Source of the DNA: Actinomycetota bacterium
GTDB lineage: Bacteria; Actinomycetota; Aquicultoria; UBA3085; Oleimmundimicrobiaceae
DNA length: 64,000 bases
Reading direction: 5' to 3'
Assembly: GCA_011046085.1 (NCBI GenBank)
Contig: DSBK01000016.1
Span: forward strand, 1,050-65,049
Shown: in pieces, positions 29,263 to 40,244 of the stretch
How positions within the stretch are numbered: the first letter of the stretch is position 1
How the letters are laid out: each line of letters begins with the position of its first letter
Notes under the pieces: model-generated
Databases searched by the model: none
The model's input: the letters and a program-made list of their open reading frames with translations, nothing else
Told to the model about the DNA's origin: nothing
Position numbers and translations under genes: made by a program

Positions 29263-30105
29263 ATGGATACAAGCATAATAATTAAAGCAGCTTTAATACT
29301 TGGCGGAACGGGACTTGTTTTAGGAGCTCTTTTGGCGGTTGCCTCGAAGATTTTCTATGTTGAAGTGGACCCGAAGGTTGAGCTCATTAGAGAGGCTCTC
29401 CCGGGCGCTAACTGCGGGGCATGTGGATATCCTGGGTGTGACGGTCTTGCCGAAGTCATTGCAAAAGGCGAAGCTCCACCTTCCGCCTGTGTTGCGGGAG
29501 GGGCGGAAATAGCAAAACAAATTGCGGCTATATTGGGAATTGAAGTGAAAGAAGAGAAAGTTGCAAAAAAAGCGCTTGTTCGTTGCGGCGGAGGGAAAAA
29601 CGAAGTTGCTCATCGTTATATATATGATGGAGAGTTGGATTGTGAAATGGCTCAGCAGATAGGAAAAGGCCCGTCTCTTTGTTCTTATGGTTGTTTAGGT
29701 TTTGGAAGTTGCGCAGCAGCCTGTCCTTTTGGGGCAATTGTTATGGGCGAGGATGGGCTACCCAATATAGATTGGCATAAATGTCGAAGTTGTGGAGTTT
29801 GTGTAGAGGTTTGTCCGCGAGGAATAATTACGCTGGTGCCAGAAGACAAAAAGGTTCATGTTCTCTGTTGCTCGCAAGATAAAGGAAAGGATGTTCGCTC
29901 GATATGTAAAAAGGGTTGTATCGGGTGCAAGGCTTGCGAAAAAATCTGTGAATTTGATGCAATTCATGTTGTTGATAATCTTGCTTCCATCGATAATGAT
30001 AAATGTACTCAGTGCAAAAAATGTGTAGAAAAATGTCCAACCGGATGTATTTCTGTTCTCCTCAAAGGACATCACTCGGTAGAAGAAGTTGCTGGAACCG
30101 TTTGA
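29263..30105 (+). CDS. rnfB: Rnf subunit B (polyferredoxin)
   Basis: N-terminal TM helix plus multiple CxxCxxCxxxCP clusters. Confidence 0.85.
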   Translation: MDTSIIIKAALILGGTGLVLGALLAVASKIFYVEVDPKVELIREALPGANCGACGYPGCDGLAEVIAKGEAPPSACVAGGAEIAKQIAAILGIEVKEEKVAKKALVRCGGGKNEVAHRYIYDGELDCEMAQQIGKGPSLCSYGCLGFGSCAAACPFGAIVMGEDGLPNIDWHKCRSCGVCVEVCPRGIITLVPEDKKVHVLCCSQDKGKDVRSICKKGCIGCKACEKICEFDAIHVVDNLASIDNDKCTQCKKCVEKCPTGCISVLLKGHHSVEEVAGTV

Positions 30106-30211
30106 TTTTAATCAACCCACACCTAGTTCAATTGTAAATCCCAAGAAATTAGTGTTAAATTTGTTATTCGAAAAGATATATATTGATATTCTTTAAATTT
30201 TGAGGTTATTT

Positions 30212-30598
30212 ATGTTAACCCGTTATGATAAAGCTTTTATTGGCTCCCTGCTCTTTGTTGCCCTAGTTATTCTTATCGGCGGAGCTGGTATGTTAAATTT
30301 CTCAATGAAAAAAGGGGAAGAAGTTGTTGTTCTGGTAAATGGTCAAGAGGTTGAGCGTTGTAGGCTTGATTATGAACATCCAAAGAGAATGGAGATTGAA
30401 GGTCCTTTTGGTGAAAGCATAATAGAAGTTGCTAATGGGAAAGTGAGAATGGTTTCCTCTCCTTGTCCAAATCATAATTGTGTGGCACGGGGATGGATCA
30501 GCGCTCCAGGGGACATGATAGTATGTGTCCCAAATCAAGTAGTTGTTAAAATTATCGGGTGCGAAGCTAAGAATAAAGTTGATGTCTTTAATGGATGA
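30212..30598 (+). CDS. NusG domain II-containing protein (DUF1312)
   Basis: N-terminal TM helix; conserved SPCPNHNC...GWIS...GDMIVCVPNQVVVKI motif. Confidence 0.7.
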   Translation: MLTRYDKAFIGSLLFVALVILIGGAGMLNFSMKKGEEVVVLVNGQEVERCRLDYEHPKRMEIEGPFGESIIEVANGKVRMVSSPCPNHNCVARGWISAPGDMIVCVPNQVVVKIIGCEAKNKVDVFNG

Positions 30599-31173
30599 TG
30601 AGAATGATGGGCTCTTTTGAAATTAGAAAAATGGTAATTTTGGCTCTTCTCCTCGGGGCGGGGATAGTGCTTTACGTGATAGAGTACCTTTATTTACCAG
30701 TTTTCCCCATCCCTGGTGTTAGATTGGGATTGGCAAACATAGTTACACTTTTTTTGATTGTATTTTTCTCTTGGAAAGAGTGTTTTTTTAATGCGATAGC
30801 TCGCACGGTTGTTGGCTCGATAATAACAGGTTCTTTTTTTACCCCCGCTTTTATTTTTAGTTTAAGCGGCGCTTTCGTGAGTATCCTGATTATGTTAATT
30901 GTTTATAATTTTTTTTACGGAAAACTTAGTTTGGTTGGAGTGAGCGTAGCTGGGGCAACCTCTCACAACATAACCCAGTTGCTTTTGGCGGCAACGTTAT
31001 TTGTCAAACATTGGGGTATTCTTTTTCAAGTTCCACTACTTCTTTTTGTTGCAATTGCAACAGGAACAATCAACGGGGTTATAGCAAACCTTTTTGTGAA
31101 AAAAGCTGCTCTCATCCCTATATTTGGGAAAGTTTTTGTCGCTAATGCGCGATTGCGAGAATATGATGAGTAA
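30595..31173 (+). CDS. Gx transporter family protein (Hpre_diP_synt_I / heptaprenyl diphosphate synthase component I-like membrane protein)
   Basis: 5-6 TM helices; translationally coupled to DUF1312. Confidence 0.65.
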   Translation: MMRMMGSFEIRKMVILALLLGAGIVLYVIEYLYLPVFPIPGVRLGLANIVTLFLIVFFSWKECFFNAIARTVVGSIITGSFFTPAFIFSLSGAFVSILIMLIVYNFFYGKLSLVGVSVAGATSHNITQLLLAATLFVKHWGILFQVPLLLFVAIATGTINGVIANLFVKKAALIPIFGKVFVANARLREYDE

Positions 31174-31192
31174 CACCGGGTATCGCTTGACT

Positions 31193-31861
31193 ATGAAAAA
31201 ATTACCACCGGATATTCGACCTCGGGAGAGACTCCTTCGTTACGGCGCAAACGGTCTCTCTGATGTCGAGCTGTTGGCCATTATTTTGGGAACCGGGACC
31301 AAAAAGGAAACTGTTTTACAGTTGAGTCAACGTATTTTAAGTAAGTTTGAGGCCTTACATAACTTATCAACCGTCACTTTTGAAGAATTAACTGAAATTT
31401 GTGGAGTGGGCGAGGCCAAGGCATCTCAAATATTGGCGGCCATTGAGGTTGGAAAAAGGGTAAATGCTACCGCCAACCGGAAAATTTTTTTTATATCATG
31501 TCCAAATGATGTTGCGAACCTATGCATGTCCGAGATGAGGTGTTTTGAGAAAGAATGTTTTAAGGCCTTATTTTTAAATACAAAGAATCGAGTTTTAAAG
31601 GTCATTGAAATCTCTACCGGTAGTTTAAGTTCTTCCATAGTTCATCCTCGAGAGTTATTTAAGTTTGCGGTTAAGTGTAGTGCGGCTTCAGTGATAGTTG
31701 TCCATAATCATCCCAGCGGGGATCCTGCACCCAGCAAAGAGGATATCTGTTTAACCAAACGTTTAAAGGATGCGGGGAAGATTTTAGGCATAGACTTATT
31801 AGACCATGTTATAATCGGCGATGGCAACTATATTAGTTTAAAAGAGAGCGGTTTTATTTAA
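31193..31861 (+). CDS. radC: RadC-family JAB/MPN domain protein
   Basis: HhH N-terminus (LSDVELLAIILGTG); JAMM motif HNHPSGDPAPS. Confidence 0.85.
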   Translation: MKKLPPDIRPRERLLRYGANGLSDVELLAIILGTGTKKETVLQLSQRILSKFEALHNLSTVTFEELTEICGVGEAKASQILAAIEVGKRVNATANRKIFFISCPNDVANLCMSEMRCFEKECFKALFLNTKNRVLKVIEISTGSLSSSIVHPRELFKFAVKCSAASVIVVHNHPSGDPAPSKEDICLTKRLKDAGKILGIDLLDHVIIGDGNYISLKESGFI

Positions 31862-31991
31862 AGAGTTGCATCAAGGCATACGACGCTATAAACTGTTTTT
31901 TTGTTTATTGTTTTGAGGAAATTTGGTAATATTTATGAGTCTTGGTTTGTAATTGATTTTTTATAGAAAGGATGATTCGGTGTTCGATTTT

Positions 31992-33005
31992 ATGCCGTTT
32001 GGAAAAGATATGGCAGTGGATTTAGGAACTGCGACCACCCTTGTTCATGTTAAAGGTAAAGGCATTGTGCTTATGGAGCCCTCCGTGGTTTCGATCGAAA
32101 AAGTAACCGGCAAAATACTTGCTGTGGGCGCGGAAGCGAAAAGGATGTTAGGAAGGACGCCGGGCAATATTGTTGCGATTCGGCCAATGAGAGATGGGGT
32201 AATTGCTGATTTTGAAGTAACCGAGAGCATGATTCGTTATTTTATACAAAAGGTACACAAGAGAAGATTTGTTGTTAAACCGCGCGTTGTTGTGTGTGTT
32301 CCCTCTGGAGTTACCGAGGTGGAAAAAAGAGCGGTTTTTGAAGCCACCATTCAGGCGGGAGCGAGGGCAGCGTATTTAATTGAGGAGCCAATGGCAGCAG
32401 CAATTGGAGCCGGCCTTCCAATCCACGATCCGGCGGGTAATATAATTTGTGATATCGGTGGAGGAACTACGGAGGTTGCGGTGATATCGCTCGGCGGAAT
32501 TGTTTGTAGTGAGTCGATTCGTGTTGGTGGAGATGAATTTGATGAAGCCATAATTAATCATGTTAAAAAAGAAAATAATGTGATGATTGGTGAAAGGACA
32601 GCCGAAGAGATAAAAATAGAGATCGGCTCCGCCTATCCGCTTGAAGAAGAAGAAGATGTAGAAGTTCGCGGGAGGGATCTTTTGACGGGTATGCCGAAAA
32701 ATGTCACGCTTTCTTCAGAAGAGATAAGAACAGCCATTGAAGAACCATTAAACGCAGTTATTTCTGCCATAAAAACCACCCTGGAAAGAACTCCACCGGA
32801 ACTTTCAAGCGATATAATGGAGAGGGGACTTGTTCTTGCTGGCGGGGGCTCTCTTTTAAGAGGATTAGATGAAAGATTAAGGCAGGAAATCGGAATGCCG
32901 GTTTACTTGGCGGACGATCCAATGACTTGTGTTGTTATGGGTTCAGGAAAAGCGCTAGAAGAAATAAATGTGCTTAAAAAGATACTTATCGGAGTTCAAC
33001 GCTAA
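31992..33005 (+). CDS. mreB: Rod shape-determining protein MreB
   Basis: Actin fold motifs ([21 protein letters not shown]). Confidence 0.9.
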   Translation: MPFGKDMAVDLGTATTLVHVKGKGIVLMEPSVVSIEKVTGKILAVGAEAKRMLGRTPGNIVAIRPMRDGVIADFEVTESMIRYFIQKVHKRRFVVKPRVVVCVPSGVTEVEKRAVFEATIQAGARAAYLIEEPMAAAIGAGLPIHDPAGNIICDIGGGTTEVAVISLGGIVCSESIRVGGDEFDEAIINHVKKENNVMIGERTAEEIKIEIGSAYPLEEEEDVEVRGRDLLTGMPKNVTLSSEEIRTAIEEPLNAVISAIKTTLERTPPELSSDIMERGLVLAGGGSLLRGLDERLRQEIGMPVYLADDPMTCVVMGSGKALEEINVLKKILIGVQR

Positions 33006-33047
33006 TTATCATTTTGTAGCGTTAAGATAATTGAGAGGTGTTATATC

Positions 33048-33902
33048 TTGCGGTTAAAGAGGGGTAGTTTGAATAAGCTTACCCTCGTCTTATTGATATT
33101 TACAAGTATATTAATTCTTACATTCTATCTCAGGGAAGCCGATGAAGGAGTTTTACATAGAACACAGCTTCTTACAATAAATTCTTTCGCAACTCTGCAG
33201 TCTGGGGTTTCAAAAATTGTTTCTCCTTTTAATAGTGCGTGGAAACTTATAACCAGCATAGGAAATTTGGAAGCAGAAAACCAACAGCTTAAAAAAGAGT
33301 TAGTGAAATTGAAACAACAGATTGTTTCCATAAAGAACATGGAGATGGAAAATAAACGCTTAAGGACACTGGTCGGCTTCAAAGAAAAAACTCATTATCA
33401 TACCTTGCCAGCAGTTGTTGTTGGAAGATCTACAAATAATTGGCAATCGGCTTTTGTGATAGATAAAGGGTCTAAAGATGGCATAAAGAAAAATATGGTC
33501 GTTTTGGTTGGGGAAGGACTTGTTGGGCAAGTGGTTATGGTTTCTTCACATGCTTCTAAGGTTCAGCTTATAATTGATCAGAAGAGCGGGGTTGCCGCGC
33601 AATTGATGAATTCAGGGGAGACCGGTATCGTTGAAGGGCAAGTAACTGGGGAATTGGTGATGAATTATATTTCTAAAGATATTGAAATAACCAAAAATGA
33701 ACCCATATTAACCTCAGGCTTGGGCGGGATTTTCCCCAAAGGTTTATTTATTGGAACGGTTAGCGAGGTTAAAGAAACTCCCTACGATTTGTATAAACAG
33801 GTACGAGTAAAAACGCACGTGAATTTTTCTGGTCTTGAAGAAGTTCTTGTCATCACGGAACTTGTGCCTGCTCCCTCTTTCTTGTCCAAAGAAGGAGAGT
33901 AA
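33048..33902 (+). CDS. mreC: Rod shape-determining protein MreC
   Basis: N-terminal TM helix and coiled coil; beta-rich C-terminal domain; synteny. Confidence 0.8.
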   Translation: MRLKRGSLNKLTLVLLIFTSILILTFYLREADEGVLHRTQLLTINSFATLQSGVSKIVSPFNSAWKLITSIGNLEAENQQLKKELVKLKQQIVSIKNMEMENKRLRTLVGFKEKTHYHTLPAVVVGRSTNNWQSAFVIDKGSKDGIKKNMVVLVGEGLVGQVVMVSSHASKVQLIIDQKSGVAAQLMNSGETGIVEGQVTGELVMNYISKDIEITKNEPILTSGLGGIFPKGLFIGTVSEVKETPYDLYKQVRVKTHVNFSGLEEVLVITELVPAPSFLSKEGE

Positions 33903-33904
33903 TT

Positions 33905-34450
33905 GTGCAGTCTATTTTAACTTTCTTAACGGTTATATTTGTGGCTTTTTTAGCTCAAACAACGATTGTTCCTTATTTTAGTATCGGGAAAATTCAGCCG
34001 GATTTAGTTTTAGTCGTGGTATCAATTTATGCCTTTATCGAAGGGCCAATTCTTGGTTCATTAGCGGGTTTTACGGGTGGATTGTTGCAAGATTTGATGA
34101 CAATAAGGAACATGGGCCTCGGGTCTTTATCTAAAACCGTAGCCGGTTATTTTGCGGGTTTAATGGAGAAGAATTTAATAGGTGAAAATCTTATTTTACC
34201 TATGGTTGCTGTTTTCTCAATCTCATTAATTTCTCAGATTGTTTATGTTTTACTCTCCTTTTTGGTCGGTGACATAATTGCTCTTCATGAAGTTTTTTTT
34301 AGATTGATTATTCCATGCGCTCTTTATGATGGTTTGTTGGCATTGCCGATTTATTTGCTGTTATTAAAGTTGCTGATGAGACAAAAAGATGTTTATTACC
34401 TGGAAGATAAATGTATTTCAAAAAAAAAGGGAAAGCTTAGATTGAAATAA
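33905..34450 (+). CDS. mreD: Rod shape-determining protein MreD
   Basis: Small polytopic membrane protein after mreC. Confidence 0.65.
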   Translation: MQSILTFLTVIFVAFLAQTTIVPYFSIGKIQPDLVLVVVSIYAFIEGPILGSLAGFTGGLLQDLMTIRNMGLGSLSKTVAGYFAGLMEKNLIGENLILPMVAVFSISLISQIVYVLLSFLVGDIIALHEVFFRLIIPCALYDGLLALPIYLLLLKLLMRQKDVYYLEDKCISKKKGKLRLK

Positions 34451-34465
34451 ATAGGTAGGTTAGCA

Positions 34466-36325
34466 ATGGTAAAGCTAGATGATTCGATACAGAAAAGATT
34501 GGTGGTTTTGGAAGCGATAATCACCGTTGTGTTTAGCATACTTTTAGGTAGACTCTGGAGTCTTCAGGTGCTTGCCGGAGAAAAATATGTGGAAATGGCC
34601 GAAAGCAACAGGATAAGAACCATTACTACCAGCGCTCCCAGAGGAGTTATTTATGATAAAAACGGAGAAATCCTGGTTAATAACCGTCCAAGTTTAGCTG
34701 CTACAATCGCTCCCTCTAAATTAAAGAACAAAGATTTGATGTTGAAACTGGGCGAAATTTTAAATATGGCTCCTGATGAAATTAAGGAAAAACTAAAAGA
34801 GAAAACAGCCGACCCTTTAAAACCGCGGGTGATTAAATATGACATTGAGGAAGATGTTGCAGTTTATATCAAGGAACACTCCTTTGATCTTCCTGGAGTG
34901 GAAGTAAAACTAGAATATGTTAGAAATTATCCCACCTCTACAATAGCAGCTCATGCTCTTGGTTATCTGGGAGAAATATCTGAAGAAGAATTAGATAAAA
35001 AGGATGAGGCGGAATACGAACCTGGTGATTTGGTTGGAAAAAGCGGAATAGAAAAACAGTATGAAGGGATTCTTCGTGGCGGAAAGGGTTCCCAGGAAGT
35101 TGAAGTAGATGCCTCGGGAAAGATTATTCGAGTTTTAGACGATAAGGAGGCCATTGCCGGTAACAATCTTGAACTAACAATTGATGCTAACTTACAGGTG
35201 GCTACCGAAAAATCTTTGGTGGATGCCATTAAAGCGGCTCAAAGAGATGGTTATCCTGAGGCACAGGCGGGAGCCGCTGTTGTAGTTGATCCTAATACCG
35301 GCGAAGTGTTGGCGATGGCAAGTTATCCCGCTTACGATGCCTCAAAATTTATTGGAGGCATTTCTTCGAAAGAATGGGTCCGACTAAACGATAAATCTTC
35401 AAACTTTCCTCTCATTAACCGAACCATGATGTGCTCTTACGCGCCGGCTTCGGTTTTTAAACCCGTCACTTACTTGGCAGGATTAATGGAGGGGGTAGTG
35501 TCTTATAATAGTACTTTTAATTGTGAAGGCAAATGGACAGGGATGGGCGAGGACTGGCCCAAGCACTGTTGGAACAGGGCAGGTCATGGTCTAGTGGATT
35601 TAAGCTTAGGTATGAGCGAGTCCTGTGACGTTGTGTTCTATGAGATTGGTTATATGTTGTATAAAAAAGGAGGAGAGCTGCTGCAGAAATGGTCTCGTGA
35701 GTTTAATTTTGGGCGCCAAACGGGCATTGACTTACCATCGGAAACCAAAGGCAGAGTTCCCGACATAGCGTGGAAGAAGAGATTTAATGAAAAATATCCC
35801 GAATACCAAAAATGGGTGCCTGGGGACACGGTTAATTTAGCAATCGGGCAAGGAGATTTATTGACTTCACCGCTCCAAATTGTCAACCTGTATGGCACAA
35901 TAGCCAATGGCGGGACGCTTTGGAAGCCACATTTGGTCAAGAGAGTTTTAACTGCCGAAGGGGAGCAAATTCACTTATTTAAGAAAGAAAAAATAAGGGA
36001 TGTAGCTATTTCTAAAAATACCATAAAGAGATTGCAAAAAGAATTGCGTAGAGTGGTGACTGATGGAACTGCAGAAAGAGCTTTCTCCGGTTTTCCCATT
36101 GATGTGGCTGGCAAAACGGGTACTGCGGAGGTCAAGGGCAAGGATGATTTCGCATGGTTCGCTTGCTATGCTCCAGCAAATAATCCTCGTTATGTTATTG
36201 TTGTTATGGTTGAACAGGGCGGGCACGGCGGTTCTATCGCGGCCCCGGCGGCTCGTCGAATATTAGCGGCAGCGTTTGGTTTTCCCCAGACTGGACCAAT
36301 GAGCGTTGTAGATAATTCCAGGTAA
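34466..36325 (+). CDS. mrdA: Penicillin-binding protein 2 (elongasome transpeptidase)
   Basis: SVFK and KTGTAEV motifs; synteny with rodA. Confidence 0.85.
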   Translation: MVKLDDSIQKRLVVLEAIITVVFSILLGRLWSLQVLAGEKYVEMAESNRIRTITTSAPRGVIYDKNGEILVNNRPSLAATIAPSKLKNKDLMLKLGEILNMAPDEIKEKLKEKTADPLKPRVIKYDIEEDVAVYIKEHSFDLPGVEVKLEYVRNYPTSTIAAHALGYLGEISEEELDKKDEAEYEPGDLVGKSGIEKQYEGILRGGKGSQEVEVDASGKIIRVLDDKEAIAGNNLELTIDANLQVATEKSLVDAIKAAQRDGYPEAQAGAAVVVDPNTGEVLAMASYPAYDASKFIGGISSKEWVRLNDKSSNFPLINRTMMCSYAPASVFKPVTYLAGLMEGVVSYNSTFNCEGKWTGMGEDWPKHCWNRAGHGLVDLSLGMSESCDVVFYEIGYMLYKKGGELLQKWSREFNFGRQTGIDLPSETKGRVPDIAWKKRFNEKYPEYQKWVPGDTVNLAIGQGDLLTSPLQIVNLYGTIANGGTLWKPHLVKRVLTAEGEQIHLFKKEKIRDVAISKNTIKRLQKELRRVVTDGTAERAFSGFPIDVAGKTGTAEVKGKDDFAWFACYAPANNPRYVIVVMVEQGGHGGSIAAPAARRILAAAFGFPQTGPMSVVDNSR

Positions 36326-36334
36326 GGTGATTAA

Positions 36335-37441
36335 ATGAAGAATAAGGGTTTTTTCGAATGGGTCAGGCTCATAGATTTTAGTTTGATAATTGGGACATTT
36401 TTATTGGTTGCATACGGAAATCTGATGGTTTATAGCGCGTCTTATGCCAATCAAGGAGATCCTTTTGTTTTACTAAAAAAGCAATTGATTTTCACTTTGT
36501 TAGGTGTTTTGGTCGCTGCTGGCATGGCATTCTTTAATTACAGTTGGCTTAGGCACTACATGTTGCCTTTGTATATCGGCAATGTTGTTTTATTGCTCCT
36601 CGTTTTTTTTATCGGACAAACTACACTTGGGGCTACCAGGTGGATATCGATAGGATTTTTTAATCTTCAGCCCTCGGAATTAGCAAAGATAATTTTAATT
36701 CTAACCTTGGGAGCGTTTTTGGCCGACAAAAAAGGAAATGTTCAAACATTTTCTGAATTGGTTGTGGTGTTTGCTCATGTTGGCCTGCCGCTAATTTTAA
36801 TTTTAGTCCAACCGGACATGGGAACTGCTCTTGTCTTGATGGCCATAACGTTGGGAATGCTGTTTATCTCAGGATTACGTTGGCAACATGCTCTTTTAAT
36901 TCTTGGGATTGGCATCATTGCAATCCTGCTTATTTTTCAATTTAATTTATTGAGGGAATATCAGATGGACAGATTGATGATCTTTATTAATCCGAGCGTG
37001 GATCCAATGGGAGCGGGTTATAATTTAATGCAATCCAAGATAGCGATTGGCTCAGGTAATTTTTTCGGCAAAGGACTTTTTTCAGGAACTCAAAGTGGCC
37101 TGAGATTTTTACCTGTGCGCCATGCAGACTTTATATTTTCGGTCGTTGGAGAAGAGCTAGGATTTTTTGGCGCGCTCATTCTTTTGGGTCTATATTTTCT
37201 TTTAATTTCAAGAGGTATAGCGATAGCAATGTCGGCAGGAAATCTCTATGGCACGTTGGTGGCTACTGGGGTTTCAGCTATGTGGTTATTTCAGGTTTTG
37301 GTAAATACCGGCATGACCATGGGGATTATGCCGATAACTGGAATACCTCTTCCGTTTTTCAGTTATGGGGGAAGCTCGATGCTGGTAAATTTTATTGGAG
37401 CAGGCCTTTTATTAAATGTTTACGCGAACAGATTTAAATAG
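36335..37441 (+). CDS. rodA: Peptidoglycan glycosyltransferase RodA (SEDS family)
   Basis: FtsW/RodA/SpoVE family, 10 TM helices. Confidence 0.85.
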   Translation: MKNKGFFEWVRLIDFSLIIGTFLLVAYGNLMVYSASYANQGDPFVLLKKQLIFTLLGVLVAAGMAFFNYSWLRHYMLPLYIGNVVLLLLVFFIGQTTLGATRWISIGFFNLQPSELAKIILILTLGAFLADKKGNVQTFSELVVVFAHVGLPLILILVQPDMGTALVLMAITLGMLFISGLRWQHALLILGIGIIAILLIFQFNLLREYQMDRLMIFINPSVDPMGAGYNLMQSKIAIGSGNFFGKGLFSGTQSGLRFLPVRHADFIFSVVGEELGFFGALILLGLYFLLISRGIAIAMSAGNLYGTLVATGVSAMWLFQVLVNTGMTMGIMPITGIPLPFFSYGGSSMLVNFIGAGLLLNVYANRFK

Positions 37442-37454
37442 TTGGAGGATAAGT

Positions 37455-38390
37455 ATGAAAAAACGAAAGAAATTGCCGCTTAAAATGAGAACGATTATAA
37501 AATCATTGAAAAAAATCAAAAAGGAATCTATTTTGCCCGTGTCAATTCTGGTTGCGGGAGAAGAGGATGTTGGAAAAAACTCTTTGATTGACAGACTGGC
37601 CATTGGGTCAAACGAGGTTTTTTCCACGGTGGAATTGAGCGATAAAAATATCTTGCCAGATTTTGCTTCAAGGCTAAGGAAGGCGAATTTGATTTTGGTG
37701 GTTGTTGATGTAACGGGAAAAATAAGTAAAAGAATCAAAAATTTGCTAACTTACTTAGAAGAGAGCAAGCTACCCTTTTTGTTAGTTATTAATAAAATAG
37801 ATTTGCCAAAAAATTTGGAAGCCCAACTTGAGCCTGCCAGCAATTATCTTGGCAAGTTTGTTTCAAAATTAGTCTTAATTTCCGTTAAAAAAGATATAAA
37901 TATCAATAATGAATTAATTCCAGCTATCATTGATCGGTCTGGTGAAAAAAAACTTTCTTTGGCAGTTAGTCTCCCTGTTTTTAAGTTGCCCATAATAGAG
38001 GAAATAATAAAAAGCACTGCCGCGCAGAATGCTGCTATAGCAGGAATACCCATTTATCCGGGCGCCAATATGCCGATACTTACGACGAATCAAATTAAGA
38101 TGATATTAAAAATCGCCGTTGTTTATGATAAAGAGATTGATGTTTCAAGGGCAAAAGAGGTTATTATGGTCGTTGGCGGAGGTTTTACATTTAGGGCCAT
38201 TGCCAGAGGATTAGTATCTTTTCTGCCGGTGATAGGTCTTGTCACCAAGGCCGCAATTGCATATTGCGGGACCGTGGCTATAGGAAAAACTGCCAATAAA
38301 TATTTCGAGAAGGGTATCAGTGATTTATCTGTTGATGAGACATGGGATATGGCGGCAGAAGCGGCGAGGAAGTTGAAGGTCGTAAATTGA
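37455..38390 (+). CDS. P-loop GTPase-like protein with a C-terminal DUF697-like membrane-associated domain
   Basis: G1-like AGEEDVGKNS, NKID (G4), C-terminal GGGFTFRAIARGLVSFLPVIG. Confidence 0.45.
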   Translation: MKKRKKLPLKMRTIIKSLKKIKKESILPVSILVAGEEDVGKNSLIDRLAIGSNEVFSTVELSDKNILPDFASRLRKANLILVVVDVTGKISKRIKNLLTYLEESKLPFLLVINKIDLPKNLEAQLEPASNYLGKFVSKLVLISVKKDININNELIPAIIDRSGEKKLSLAVSLPVFKLPIIEEIIKSTAAQNAAIAGIPIYPGANMPILTTNQIKMILKIAVVYDKEIDVSRAKEVIMVVGGGFTFRAIARGLVSFLPVIGLVTKAAIAYCGTVAIGKTANKYFEKGISDLSVDETWDMAAEAARKLKVVN

Positions 38391-40225
38391 AAAATCTTTG
38401 GCCAAAAATTGAAAAATGCCTGCCTTTTGTCGAGAAACCCGTTAGATATATAAACAATGAGTGGAACTCAAAACGAAAGATTCCCAAATCGGAAGATATA
38501 ATTTTTGCCTTAGCTTATCCTGATATCTACGAGATTGGGATGTCCAATCTAGCTATTCAAATTTTATATGAAATTCTAAACGAGTGTAAGAATATTGTGT
38601 GCGAGCGTGTTTTTGCTCCCTGGGTTGATATGGAAGCGAAAATGAGGGAAGAAAACATCCCTCTTTTTACCCTTGAATCTCATTTTCCCGTAAATAACTG
38701 CGATGTTTTGGGTTTTACGCTTCAATACGAGATGATCTATACAAATGTACTCAATATGCTCGATTTAGCCCAAATTCCACTTTTTGCTAAAGATCGAGAG
38801 GAAGCATGTCCTTTGGTTATAGGCGGCGGTCCATGTGTTTTTAATCCCGAACCTCTTGCGCCCTTTTTTGATCTCTTTATTATAGGTGATGGGGAAGATT
38901 TGCTTCTTGAATTTATTGGTGAATTTAAGAAGCAAAAGAGAGCTGGCGAAAAAAGGGAAAAGATATTAGAAATTTTAGCTAAAATGCCTGGGATCTATGT
39001 TCCTTCCCTATATAAGGTCGATTATCATTCGTTGGGGCTAATAAAAAAAATTGAACCAGCGTCAAACGAGATTCCAAAAACCATTACAAAAAATTTGTTC
39101 AAAGATATAAATGAGGCAAAGTTTCCCACCGCGCCAATTATTCCTTTTACGCAAGTGGTTCACGATAGATGTTCGCTTGAAATTGCGAGAGGTTGCACCA
39201 GGGGATGCAGATTTTGTCAGGCTGGGATGATATATCGCCCCGCTAGGGAGCGTTCTAAAGAAAATCTTAAAAATTTATCCGAAACCTTGTTAAACAACAC
39301 TGGTTATGAGGAAATATCGCTTCTTTCTTTGAGCAGCGGCGACCATAAAGAAATTAAAGGATTAATAACCGACATAATGATGCGAGACGAAGATAAGGGT
39401 ATTGCCGTATCTTTGCCTTCTTTAAGGATGGATTCATTCTCAGTAAAGCTTGCCAAGCAAATTCAAAGAGTTAAAAAAACGGGCCTTACGTTTGCCCCCG
39501 AAGCAGGAACACAACGGCTCAGAGATGTGATTAATAAGAATTTAACCGATGAAGATATACTTTTGGCTGCGAAGTCGGCGTTTAAGAATGGATGGAGGAA
39601 ACTCAAACTCTATTTTATGATTGGTTTGCCTACGGAAACGCAAGAGGATTTGCAGGGGATAGTTGAGTTGGTTAACAGGGTGGTTAGTTTGGGATTAGAT
39701 ATTGTTCCCCGCAATGAACGGGGAAGGTTAAAGATAAATGTTAATGCCTCTTCGTTTGTGCCCAAAGCTCATACTCCATTTCAGTGGGTTGGGCAGAATA
39801 CGCTGGATCAGTTACTAGAAAAACAAGGATTTTTAAAGAAGCACTTAAGAGGCAAGAATATTTCTTTCGGTTGGCATGAGGCGAAACTTAGTGTTATTGA
39901 GGGTGTTATGGCGCGAGGAGATAGGCGACTTGCTAAGGTAATTGAAATGGCCTGGAATTCAGGCTGTAAATTTGATGCATGGATGGAATATTTTGATTTT
40001 GAAAAATGGAGAGAGGCCCTCGAAAAAACAGATCTCTCCATCGATTTCTATGCATACCGTGAGCGCTCCCTAAATGAGGTTTTCGCGTGGGATCACATAA
40101 GCGCCGGAGTTACCAAAAACTATCTTGAGATCGAGTACAATAAGGCATTAAAGAAAGAAACGACCGGTGATTGTCGATTTGGTTCTTGCAACAAATGCGG
40201 GGTATGTGGATTGACTGATAGCTGA
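38387..40225 (+). CDS. B12-binding-domain radical SAM protein (TIGR03960-like)
   Basis: CxxxCxxC cluster CTRGCRFC; TTG 38387 start overlapping the upstream stop. Confidence 0.75.
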   Translation: MKNLWPKIEKCLPFVEKPVRYINNEWNSKRKIPKSEDIIFALAYPDIYEIGMSNLAIQILYEILNECKNIVCERVFAPWVDMEAKMREENIPLFTLESHFPVNNCDVLGFTLQYEMIYTNVLNMLDLAQIPLFAKDREEACPLVIGGGPCVFNPEPLAPFFDLFIIGDGEDLLLEFIGEFKKQKRAGEKREKILEILAKMPGIYVPSLYKVDYHSLGLIKKIEPASNEIPKTITKNLFKDINEAKFPTAPIIPFTQVVHDRCSLEIARGCTRGCRFCQAGMIYRPARERSKENLKNLSETLLNNTGYEEISLLSLSSGDHKEIKGLITDIMMRDEDKGIAVSLPSLRMDSFSVKLAKQIQRVKKTGLTFAPEAGTQRLRDVINKNLTDEDILLAAKSAFKNGWRKLKLYFMIGLPTETQEDLQGIVELVNRVVSLGLDIVPRNERGRLKINVNASSFVPKAHTPFQWVGQNTLDQLLEKQGFLKKHLRGKNISFGWHEAKLSVIEGVMARGDRRLAKVIEMAWNSGCKFDAWMEYFDFEKWREALEKTDLSIDFYAYRERSLNEVFAWDHISAGVTKNYLEIEYNKALKKETTGDCRFGSCNKCGVCGLTDS

Positions 40226-40244
40226 TAGTTAAAAGGGTAAAGAC

